From positions 1 to 48,029 of IMG/VR virus record IMGVR_UViG_3300033418_000004: a stretch of DNA of 48,029 nucleotides; one strand, given 5' to 3'. The notes under the pieces were generated by a model. It was not told the origin of the DNA and ran no database searches. It saw only the letters and a program-made list of their open reading frames with translations. Source of the stretch: a virus. Lineage: Duplodnaviria; Caudoviricetes. A program made the translations under genes and the position numbers. Positions 1 to 8,097 of this stretch are shown piece by piece (the first letter of the stretch is position 1; each line of letters opens with the position of its first letter).

Positions 1-127
1 TTGGAGTGTGGCTCTGAGACCTTGGCCAAGGCGCAAGGCATTACACTTCGATTGTCAAAGAACAGCCTACGGCGGGAAGGATTTCTGGCCATAGCCAGCC
101 CGCACCTGTGTTGTATACACCAGCCCC
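1..127 (+). repeat. Terminal direct repeat, left copy (probably assembly overlap)
   Basis: 1-127 is identical to 47903-48029; 127 is a common assembler k-mer size. Confidence 0.95.
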
Positions 128-159
128 CTTTCGTTCATTTGCCTCCGATACCCTACTAT

Positions 160-175
160 TGCAGGTTGCGTGCCA
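160..175 (-). promoter_or_regulatory. Putative sigma54 (-24/-12) promoter facing the early arm across the circular junction
   Basis: Minus strand TGGCAC-gcaac-CTGCA; one mismatch to TGGCAC-N5-TTGCW with GG and GC correctly spaced. Confidence 0.55.
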
Positions 176-197
176 GGTTTGCAGTTGTCAAAAAGTG

Positions 198-312
198 TAA
201 TGATCTCGCATACTTACAAGGTTGCTGGAAACATCGTTCTACACTCGTTGCACAATTATTATGCAGCTGTTTCAGCCGTATACAGCATTTATTCAATGAT
301 TTCGGGCACTTA
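198..312 (+). promoter_or_regulatory. Two IHF-like boxes (198-216, 294-312)
   Basis: TAATGATCTCGCATACTTA and CAATGATTTCGGGCACTTA are 14/19 identical, loosely resemble WATCARNNNNTTR, and lie between two sigma54-type motifs. Confidence 0.4.
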
Positions 313-435
313 AGCCAGCCTATTATTTAATCACCACTGCCTAACAAATAGGCAGAGTTTTGTTGGAGTTGCGTTAATGTTTAGTTCACTGATTAGTTTT
401 ATATAATCTGTGTATACACTATCCAGCGTATGTAT

Positions 436-451
436 TGGCACAATGCTTGCA
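436..451 (+). promoter_or_regulatory. Putative sigma54 (-24/-12) promoter facing the structural arm
   Basis: TGGCAC-aatgc-TTGCA is an exact match to TGGCAC-N5-TTGCW, in the main non-coding region. Confidence 0.65.
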
Positions 452-706
452 TTATAGGCACAGGCATAAGGCACAATAGAACGCTGTTTCTGTATACATC
501 ATGCTGCCTGTACCAGCCTGCAGGAATAGAACAGCGTTTCAGTATACACTCGCAAGTCAGCAACTATTGCATACCCAGCCGTATACATTATCCGATGGCT
601 CGATTGACCCCCCGGCTTACCCCACCGGCACCCCCAGCCCAGGATAAGACTACTCCCTTTTTACACAGAAGTAAATTTTCGAAAACATTAGCTTAGAAAG
701 AATTTC

Positions 707-736
707 AAGTGACCATGTCAAAATTTGACATCGCTA
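707..736 (+). repeat. Dispersed 30-bp palindromic element, copy 1
   Basis: AAGTGACC-ATGTCAA-AAT-TTGACAT-CGCTA. Confidence 0.9.
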
Positions 737-895
737 CGTTAGTGCTATTACCAGTAATAGAAAGAGCGTCTCTATTCCGGCAGTACGTTGCTAGAAAAGA
801 TTTACATACTCGTCGATTTTCCTTGCAACGCTGGCGAAGGTGTGGCATGGTAGGTTATCTAGACTGTCAACCAATTATAGCTTAAGGAGAATACT

Positions 896-1216
896 ATGGC
901 CTGGAATCCGCTTCCCCAATCCTGGATCCCGTCGTTGACTGACAATGGAACAGTCCTCTCCGCGAATATCTCTGATTTTCCGGAACTGACAGCGGCAGAG
1001 ATCGACTCTGTCACTGGCGATATCAGAAAGTTCCTCTTTGCTTTCTGTGAAAAGATGTGGAGTGTCTGGTCTAGTCTGCTTACTGCGGACAAGAGTCTGA
1101 AGATGACTCTGGCCAAGACTGTCTCGGTCAATCCGATTACAGGTGTGATCACAAATACCTACACGTTTGTGTTTCTCACTGCAGTTTCTTCGCAAGAAGT
1201 AGTCTCGGAGACCTAA
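896..1216 (+). CDS. Hypothetical protein, first gene of the structural arm (106 aa)
   Basis: AAGGAG RBS upstream; abuts the next gene. Confidence 0.75.
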   Translation: MAWNPLPQSWIPSLTDNGTVLSANISDFPELTAAEIDSVTGDIRKFLFAFCEKMWSVWSSLLTADKSLKMTLAKTVSVNPITGVITNTYTFVFLTAVSSQEVVSET

Positions 1217-1217
1217 A

Positions 1218-1685
1218 ATGGGACGGCAACTGAAGGCGTTTAACGAAAGCGCGTTCTTTGACATGGCCGAGCGAGGCTTCACGCAGGCTCAAATGTCACA
1301 AGAACTTGGAATTTCGATTCCTACTCTCGAGAAAAGGATAGCAGACCTGCAAGCAAAGCAGGGATTGCTTCTTAAGTACCGCGAGTTACAGTCGCTGCAG
1401 TTAACTTCCATTCAAGCTCGGGTTCTCGAGGCCATTACTCCAGACAAGATCGAGTCTGCTTCGCTAACTGAACTCGTTATGGCATTCAAGATACTCAAAG
1501 ACAAGGAACTTGTGTCTGATGGGAAGCCATCTGAGATCAAAGGTCTTGTTGGGTACTTGATTCAACTCGAAAAACAGAACACTATGACGTTGATCGAGCC
1601 AGAGTTCACTGAAGAAGAGGCAGAATTGGTGCATCAGGCCTGCGGTCTTACGCTTGTCGACGACGAATACTTACCTACACTATAG
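1218..1685 (+). CDS. Probable terminase small subunit (N-terminal HTH)
   Basis: HTH-like GFTQAQMSQELGISIPTLEKRI followed by helical oligomerisation-type segment; near the start of the late arm. Confidence 0.6.
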   Translation: MGRQLKAFNESAFFDMAERGFTQAQMSQELGISIPTLEKRIADLQAKQGLLLKYRELQSLQLTSIQARVLEAITPDKIESASLTELVMAFKILKDKELVSDGKPSEIKGLVGYLIQLEKQNTMTLIEPEFTEEEAELVHQACGLTLVDDEYLPTL

Positions 1686-1693
1686 GAGTTACC

Positions 1694-2026
1694 ATGAAAA
1701 AGATACTTCTCGCGCTGGTTCTCTGTCTTCTTCCATCGGCAGTATTAGCTGCTAACTTCGACATCTTCTCTCCGTACAGTTCAGTTACAAAGACTGGCTT
1801 TAAAGCGGCCAATACCTACTCGTTCACTGACGGCATAGTCGGTGTTAAGATTTATTGCACTGGCGCTGGCATCATGAAGATCAACAATCAAACTGTTCTC
1901 TATCCTCCAATTGCAGCTACTACCGAATACGCCGTAACTCGTGGTAAGCATATCAGATTCATTGCAGTTTCTTCTGCGGCGTCCAATACCTGTAAATACC
2001 AGATGCACAAAGTCGGCAATTATTAA
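1694..2026 (+). CDS. Exported protein with Sec signal peptide (110 aa)
   Basis: MKK-ILLALVLCLLP-SAVLA/A n-h-c signal pattern; GGAG RBS. Confidence 0.75.
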   Translation: MKKILLALVLCLLPSAVLAANFDIFSPYSSVTKTGFKAANTYSFTDGIVGVKIYCTGAGIMKINNQTVLYPPIAATTEYAVTRGKHIRFIAVSSAASNTCKYQMHKVGNY

Positions 2027-2038
2027 TAAGGAACTGCC

Positions 2039-4480
2039 GTGGCTACTTATTCTACTAACGTCACTGATCCTACGGCGCTTACTGCTGGGGAAACTGTAAC
2101 TATCAATAGCGGAGTTACAGTTACGATCACTAATGGGCAGTGGTCGGCGCTTGGTGCAGGTAATATAACCAACAACGGTACTTTGGTATTTAGAAACGAG
2201 TCTTCATCGGATGGTTGGAAGTTTTGTTTTGCCACCGCTTCAGCATACATGAGTGGTACTGGTTCGCTTATTATTGAGGGTGATTGGATTAGTATTGATA
2301 CTGGAACGGGTGGGACATTTACACTTAATGGTAGCCATACTAGCTCGGTTACTACGATTACTGTGAATCAAGATACGTCAGATGCAGCGTCTTCTGGGCA
2401 ACTACTTATTGGATCGGAGTATATCTCCTACACAGGTAAGACACAGTATACCTTCACCGGGTGTACCAGGGGTAAAGGCGGGACGCTTGCTGCGGCATAC
2501 ACGACGGGTACTTCAGTGGCGCAGGCGAACTCAGGGCAGACTTCAACACACTGGGATGCTGACTACTGTCCTTGCGTGTGGGTTGAGACTGCGGCTGGGA
2601 GTGGTGTGTATGATCGGTACTTGAATCTCACCGGAGGGTCTGCGACACACAGTACCGTTACAGGATTATCGTTTGTTGGAGCTGGGAAGTATGGGCGATT
2701 CTTTACGCAGTCCGGTGCGACACTTACATTCGGTGACGGAATAAACGGGAAGTGTCCACCTGCTGGCGCTAATATCAGGATTCCTAATATCATCTTGACG
2801 CACTTAGCGGCTATCAGCACAGGCATTTGCTACGTTTCTGGTGGCTACGTATCAGGCTACCATCGAAGAGCACAGTTTTCTAGGGTTACTTACAATGGCG
2901 CTGGGATAATCTCTGCTAGTACCGTAGAGAGTTGTTCTTTTCCTGCTCGTATCTATACACGGTATCAATCCACACTTACGGATGTGGCGATTAGTCCAAG
3001 TGGGGGAGAAACAAACCAAACAAATTCAGGTTTTAATCTAACTAATCAGACTGCGGTTACTAACTGTTCTGCGTGGACTGCTAGTACTGCGACCATAGCA
3101 ACAATGTCATCTGGTAGGCATGTTTTTACTAACTGCGAAATGATGCAGATAGATGCTAGTACGACTGACGTAGCAACTGTTATAGCTACCGCAACGACAG
3201 GTAAGGTGGTTATACGCGGAGGTTTGTATGTAGGCAGCATCTATTTTGGAGCTACTGGTGTTTCAGTAGATATAGATGGGCCTGAAATATCTGAGGGTTT
3301 ACTACTTAATAATAGTAATACTGCTGCGAATAAGGCCGCAATTATAATAGGGGGCACAGGAGCATATTCTTACCCGGCCATCTCCATAGCTAATGTGTAT
3401 GTGCCAGATGGAGGCAATTTTACAGGAGGATTTTTTGCTCTTCTCTCTAGCGCCACAGGAGCTGTTACGGTCTATTCGCTGGCAATAAGCAATATAAATC
3501 TTCCCGGCAGTTCGAGGTGGGCGGCTTTTTTCAATGTTATCGCAGCGTACACTGTTACTGTGCTTGAAGGGAAACTGTATGATGTGTCCACTGGCTTCCC
3601 TACACTTAAAACAGGGAATACACTTGCGGTAGCCTATACGGACTTCAAGGATATCTCCATGTTAGGCACCGCTGTTAATAATATCTTTGCTGTTGTTGGG
3701 CACAGTAATACCTTTAAGAATATGTCTGGTACGCAACTATCTGGGATAGCGGCTGGATGGGTAGATAACTTCTTTTATTCATATTATACTGGAACTTCTA
3801 CTGGGTATTTAACGTGGCAAGGTTGTCCTGTTACCGCTCGATTTTCAGCTTATAGGTCTTTTAGCGGTGGAGCCTATTATGATAACGACTATAGGTACTA
3901 TTCCCCTAACGGCGGTAGTTTTATTCTTGAAACACCTTATCTTATAAGGGGTGTTACCGGATTTACGGGAGCAATAGTCGGTGGTGTTAACTACGATACG
4001 TACAATACCATTGAGTATTGTTTAGATACTGGTAGCGGCTATGGAGCTTGGCAGACAGCTAGTAGCGCAAACTTGACGGCTGAAACTGTTTCTGCTACCA
4101 CTGGGTTTAGAATGAAAGTTCGTTGTACTTACGCGAGTGCAGGAACTAATAATACTGCCTATATATATGTTCCCTGCAATTTTGATCGTTCTGTTAAGTA
4201 TGCTTCTACGCAAGTAAATCTAGTTCTTAATAATATAGTAACAGGAAGCCAGTACACTATATTCAAGTCTTCTGATGGTACTGTTATTTCCTCCGGAACA
4301 GCGGCTAGTAGCACAGTAACAGTTTCTAATATAGACTACTATAGCGATGTAAATGTAACTATACGCGTGAGAAAAGGGACTAGCTCACAAAAGTACTTCC
4401 CTTTCGAAACTGGTGGAACTATTACTAGTGTAGGTATGAATGTCTGGGTGGCACAAATAGCAGATACTATAGCAGCATAA
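2039..4480 (+). CDS. Large beta-rich virion fibre/adhesin-like protein (813 aa)
   Basis: Thr/Gly/Ser-rich; common phage-tail module IGSEYISYTGKTQYTFTGCTRG; beta-helix-like centre; C-terminal domain shared with the next gene. Confidence 0.7.
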   Translation: MATYSTNVTDPTALTAGETVTINSGVTVTITNGQWSALGAGNITNNGTLVFRNESSSDGWKFCFATASAYMSGTGSLIIEGDWISIDTGTGGTFTLNGSHTSSVTTITVNQDTSDAASSGQLLIGSEYISYTGKTQYTFTGCTRGKGGTLAAAYTTGTSVAQANSGQTSTHWDADYCPCVWVETAAGSGVYDRYLNLTGGSATHSTVTGLSFVGAGKYGRFFTQSGATLTFGDGINGKCPPAGANIRIPNIILTHLAAISTGICYVSGGYVSGYHRRAQFSRVTYNGAGIISASTVESCSFPARIYTRYQSTLTDVAISPSGGETNQTNSGFNLTNQTAVTNCSAWTASTATIATMSSGRHVFTNCEMMQIDASTTDVATVIATATTGKVVIRGGLYVGSIYFGATGVSVDIDGPEISEGLLLNNSNTAANKAAIIIGGTGAYSYPAISIANVYVPDGGNFTGGFFALLSSATGAVTVYSLAISNINLPGSSRWAAFFNVIAAYTVTVLEGKLYDVSTGFPTLKTGNTLAVAYTDFKDISMLGTAVNNIFAVVGHSNTFKNMSGTQLSGIAAGWVDNFFYSYYTGTSTGYLTWQGCPVTARFSAYRSFSGGAYYDNDYRYYSPNGGSFILETPYLIRGVTGFTGAIVGGVNYDTYNTIEYCLDTGSGYGAWQTASSANLTAETVSATTGFRMKVRCTYASAGTNNTAYIYVPCNFDRSVKYASTQVNLVLNNIVTGSQYTIFKSSDGTVISSGTAASSTVTVSNIDYYSDVNVTIRVRKGTSSQKYFPFETGGTITSVGMNVWVAQIADTIAA

Positions 4481-4490
4481 GGAGCATATT

Positions 4491-5852
4491 ATGGCCATAA
4501 GCGACGACTTCAGTTTGAACTACTCAACAAAGAAAATCAGCCATGCATCTGGTAGTACCAGGTACACGGTGAATGCGCTGTACTCGTGGCTCATGGACTT
4601 GTTCGACGACGCCACGCAGATGGACGACACTATCCCTATCAAAGCCAACACTCCGACAGAGTACGAGCTTATTAACTCGTGGGAGTTCAATGCTGACAGC
4701 GATCTGGAGTACCTCTACGGAGGCTCGATCATTGTTAACAAGGGCGGAGGCAATGATATCTGGGCGAACTTCTACACCCTCGGTACGATCAAAGCAGGAA
4801 CGATCGTTTACTGGATGCAGAATGGAGCACTTGTCGCCTCCCATACCGGCTATACCAGTGACCATATTGACCAGTTGATTAAGGTCAAAAGTACTGGTAC
4901 CGACATTGATTCCAAGAAAGTTACAGCGTTTGCCAGGAACCTTGGTGACACCTACGATCACTTCGAAGTTACAGCGACCGCAACAGGTGGTCGTAACCCA
5001 ATTCCTTTGGCAACTGCCACCGACCTTAATGACGATTCTGGCACAGCAACTGATGGCGGAATTACTATCGTCTTCGGTACCACCTCCCACGACACCGGCA
5101 TAGGTGGAGCGCAGAATTACTCGGTTGTTGTCGATGCGCAGGGAGCTTCGTGTGCACAACTCTACAAGTACCTCAAGTACCGTACTCGTCGGCAGAACAC
5201 TGCTGGCATCGGCACTAACAACGCCGTGGCAGGTCGCTTCTACCAGCAAGCAGTTGGTACTGCGGTCAAGTCTGCTCCGTTTGGTACCTTCGCCGGCGGT
5301 AAGTTCTTCGGCGCACAGGGCGTCTGGATCACCAACGTAAGCGATCAAAGTAACATCGCTGAACTCTATGATACTGCTGGTGTCAAGAGAACCTTCCCGG
5401 TTACTATCAGCGTTTCAGTTACTGGTGTTGTTGCTGGCGACCGCGTGCTCGTCGCTCGTAGTTCTGCTGGTGTTGTCAACAAAGCGCAGTTCACCATTGC
5501 CAGTGTCTCTTCAAGCACGATAGTTGCCACGGCCGATATTCCTGCAGATATCCCACAAACTGGCACTATTCGAGTGGGCGATACAGTCTTTACTTACACA
5601 AGCTGGGCAACGAGAACTTTCCAAGTTACTTCCACGGCAGTTGGTCAGACTGGCAACTTCTACATTCCACTGATCGACGCTGCTGCGTCAGGAACTACGA
5701 TCGTTGCGCCTTCAATGACTTACCTGGCTGACTTCGACATTATCGCTCGTGTTCGTCGTAAAGGAATTCTGCCTTTCGAGAACACTGGGACTGTTGGAGC
5801 TACTGGTCTTATCGTCTCTGCGATCAGAACGACAGATACTATCGTAGTTTAA
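4491..5852 (+). CDS. Virion structural protein, possible fibre shaft subunit (453 aa)
   Basis: C-terminus ARVRRKG-ILPFENTGTV..DTIVV matches 813-aa IRVRKG..YFPFETGGTI..DTIAA; AAGGAG RBS. Confidence 0.7.
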   Translation: MAISDDFSLNYSTKKISHASGSTRYTVNALYSWLMDLFDDATQMDDTIPIKANTPTEYELINSWEFNADSDLEYLYGGSIIVNKGGGNDIWANFYTLGTIKAGTIVYWMQNGALVASHTGYTSDHIDQLIKVKSTGTDIDSKKVTAFARNLGDTYDHFEVTATATGGRNPIPLATATDLNDDSGTATDGGITIVFGTTSHDTGIGGAQNYSVVVDAQGASCAQLYKYLKYRTRRQNTAGIGTNNAVAGRFYQQAVGTAVKSAPFGTFAGGKFFGAQGVWITNVSDQSNIAELYDTAGVKRTFPVTISVSVTGVVAGDRVLVARSSAGVVNKAQFTIASVSSSTIVATADIPADIPQTGTIRVGDTVFTYTSWATRTFQVTSTAVGQTGNFYIPLIDAAASGTTIVAPSMTYLADFDIIARVRRKGILPFENTGTVGATGLIVSAIRTTDTIVV

Positions 5853-5864
5853 AGGGGGAAGAGT

Positions 5865-6179
5865 GTGTCTCACTTAAACGAAAGTAAGAAAACTATCGTA
5901 AGAACAACTTGGGATAGAGCAAACAGAATTCGCATTGTTGACGAGTACAACAAGAAACCATTACTTACTTTTGAAGTGCAGACCATAATCCTTGACGATG
6001 ATGTTGTTGCTGGCACTGCACCTAAAAGTATGCTTACAGCCCATTTGGATAGTCCAAAAACGTATCCGCTTTACAACGCAAAAGATGATAGCATTATTTC
6101 TGATAACGGAGCAAGTCACGATTTACTGTATAATCAGATCTATAGTTTGTTCAAATTTATGACTAAAAAAGGTGTCTAA
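5865..6179 (+). CDS. Hypothetical protein in the fibre module (104 aa)
   Basis: ORF in operon order with purine-rich RBS. Confidence 0.7.
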   Translation: MSHLNESKKTIVRTTWDRANRIRIVDEYNKKPLLTFEVQTIILDDDVVAGTAPKSMLTAHLDSPKTYPLYNAKDDSIISDNGASHDLLYNQIYSLFKFMTKKGV

Positions 6180-6181
6180 TT

Positions 6182-6760
6182 ATGCTGTATGATTATGATT
6201 TCGCTAATCAAATCATAGATATACCATATGGCATAACTGAGGTATTAATATCTACGTTAATATCAGATATCAGAGATGCTGAGGCTACAGCACAGGGAAT
6301 TGGCTATGGACAAATTGCTGGTGCCAGCGGAAAAGAGTCTCTTGGAGGATCTGTCAGTGTCGGTGTCACCGTCAACCTACTGGACAATTGGCAGATACGA
6401 TTTGCAGAAGGGAACTATATCGCAAAAGTCGCAGGAGGAAACCTTGTTGGAGGGCCAGCCGGCGATCCAATAGCTTACTCCAGTGGTGTGCAAGTTCTTT
6501 TGCTCCAGTCTGCTGCTTCAACGATTGTGTTCCAGTCAACTGGCAGTGGACTTAGTCAAGAACAAGACGACAAGATCTCCGAGATTTTGCAACTGTCCCA
6601 GGTTACACAACTTGATGCCTCTAAAGGCAGAAAGATGCAGACCAACAAAGCAATTATTTCTGGCGACGGACTGTCAGTTACACTGTACGAAGACGATGGA
6701 CAGACGCTTTTGCATCAGTTCACTGTAAGTGCTAATAAGAAAGAACGGACTCCAGTATGA
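6182..6760 (+). CDS. Structural protein resembling the N-terminus of the 453-aa protein (192 aa)
   Basis: YDFANQII..GITEVLISTLISDIRD..LLDNWQI versus LNYSTKKI..GSTRYTVNALYSWLMD..LINSWEF. Confidence 0.6.
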   Translation: MLYDYDFANQIIDIPYGITEVLISTLISDIRDAEATAQGIGYGQIAGASGKESLGGSVSVGVTVNLLDNWQIRFAEGNYIAKVAGGNLVGGPAGDPIAYSSGVQVLLLQSAASTIVFQSTGSGLSQEQDDKISEILQLSQVTQLDASKGRKMQTNKAIISGDGLSVTLYEDDGQTLLHQFTVSANKKERTPV

Positions 6761-6939
6761 TGTATCCAGACTGGCTTGGCACATCTGAAGAATACGCTGT
6801 CCACATGCTTGACGCTGCAACGGAGTTTGAGAGCGAAGTAAAGACACTTGAGTTTGGCTCTGCGATTCCACTGCAATTTATGCCCGAAGTTATTGTTACA
6901 ACTTTTACTTCAAGTGAGGTTGACTCATGGCCGACGTAA
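6757..6939 (+). CDS. Small acidic hypothetical protein (60 aa)
   Basis: ATGA coupling to the upstream gene; overlaps the downstream start. Confidence 0.6.
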   Translation: MMYPDWLGTSEEYAVHMLDAATEFESEVKTLEFGSAIPLQFMPEVIVTTFTSSEVDSWPT

Positions 6940-7271
6940 CCAGTATTTCACAAGGTGACTCCTACGCTGAGGATTTCAGCAACGTCGACATACCAGTTCT
7001 GGATTCTGATTGGGGAGGAGATTGGGCAATCGTTGCAGAGTTGTATGATGCCCTTACACTTCCTAATCCAACACCACTTGCTTCGGGTACGTTGACACTT
7101 AGTACTGACAATACCAAACTGGAGTTGAGGATTCTACCTACTGACACTGAGGCTATTCCAGTTGGTACGTATAAACTGGTTGTTCAGGCGAAGAACGCTA
7201 CACTCTTTTTCTGCAAAGAGATTGTACAGCGCACACTGAAGATCACTGTGCAGGGTATTCCTGTTAATTAG
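6927..7271 (+). CDS. BppU-N/Ig-like adaptor protein (114 aa)
   Basis: ISQGDSY...LELRILPTDTEAIPVGTYKLVVQ pattern typical of BppU-like anchoring domains. Confidence 0.55.
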   Translation: MADVTSISQGDSYAEDFSNVDIPVLDSDWGGDWAIVAELYDALTLPNPTPLASGTLTLSTDNTKLELRILPTDTEAIPVGTYKLVVQAKNATLFFCKEIVQRTLKITVQGIPVN

Positions 7272-7279
7272 GAGTTGTA

Positions 7280-7603
7280 ATGGCGTCTTCTCCGAGTGGT
7301 TGGGATGATTGGTTTCTAGATCTTATCTTTGCTGGGATCGGAGGTATAGGACTATTTGCGTTTAGTTTCGCAGTATTCCTAATTCGTATGCTCATTAAAA
7401 GAGAACTAGATCGGTTAAATGCTACATTGTCAGGCATACAAGTGGCAATGAAAGAATTTACTGCGATCATGCAAACCAAACTAGATAATCACGAGCACAG
7501 GCTTTCAATGCTTGAAGGCTTTTATTACCGTCCTGACGGATCGTACATAGGACCTGAACGTAGAAGGAGTCAAGCTCAAACTGCAACTACAATGGAGACA
7601 TGA
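7280..7603 (+). CDS. Single-TM plus coiled-coil membrane protein, holin/antiholin-like
   Basis: Hydrophobic LIFAGIGGIGLFAFSFAVFLI followed by heptad helix and basic ERRR tail. Confidence 0.55.
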   Translation: MASSPSGWDDWFLDLIFAGIGGIGLFAFSFAVFLIRMLIKRELDRLNATLSGIQVAMKEFTAIMQTKLDNHEHRLSMLEGFYYRPDGSYIGPERRRSQAQTATTMET

Positions 7604-8097
7604 TGGCTACAAATACACTTGAGCTTTTGTCCCACGAGATACGTACATTCAGACACATCCGAAATGTCGCCTCGCTGTTATTCGACTTTACTAAAGAACT
7701 TCACAAGCGTGCAATCTGGCACGATACCTCTAAACTGGAGTTTCCTGAACTCGCTATCTTTCAAGAGAATGCTACGATTCCTGAATACGGAACACCAGAA
7801 TACGAGAACGCACTTGAAGTAATCCAAGAAGCAAAGAACATTCATTACGCTAAGAATCGGCATCATCCTGAGCATCATGCCAGAGGCGTAAATGATATGT
7901 CCTTGATTGACCTCATCGAACTGCTGTGTGATTGGAGAGCGGCTGTTGACTACTGCCCTGATGGGTGTATTAAGAAAAGTCTTTTGATAGGCAAAGAGAG
8001 ATTCAAGTTCTCGCCTCAATTAGTTGCTATTCTTAACAACACAGTAAAGGAACTTGGCTGGGTCTGCAACGTCCGCAAGTGTGATGAGATCAAGTAA
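7600..8097 (+). CDS. DUF5662-like HD-type metal-dependent hydrolase
   Basis: WHDTSK, HYAKNRHHPEHH and LIELLCDWRAA motifs. Confidence 0.75.
   Translation: MMATNTLELLSHEIRTFRHIRNVASLLFDFTKELHKRAIWHDTSKLEFPELAIFQENATIPEYGTPEYENALEVIQEAKNIHYAKNRHHPEHHARGVNDMSLIDLIELLCDWRAAVDYCPDGCIKKSLLIGKERFKFSPQLVAILNNTVKELGWVCNVRKCDEIK

Noticed and set aside
1-127. 127-bp terminal repeat as a biological DTR
   Set aside because: The length equals a common assembler k-mer, so it most likely marks circular overlap; real termini need read data
1-696. ORFs 1-330 and 430-696
   Set aside because: No RBS, odd composition, and they overlap promoter and repeat motifs; treated as non-coding
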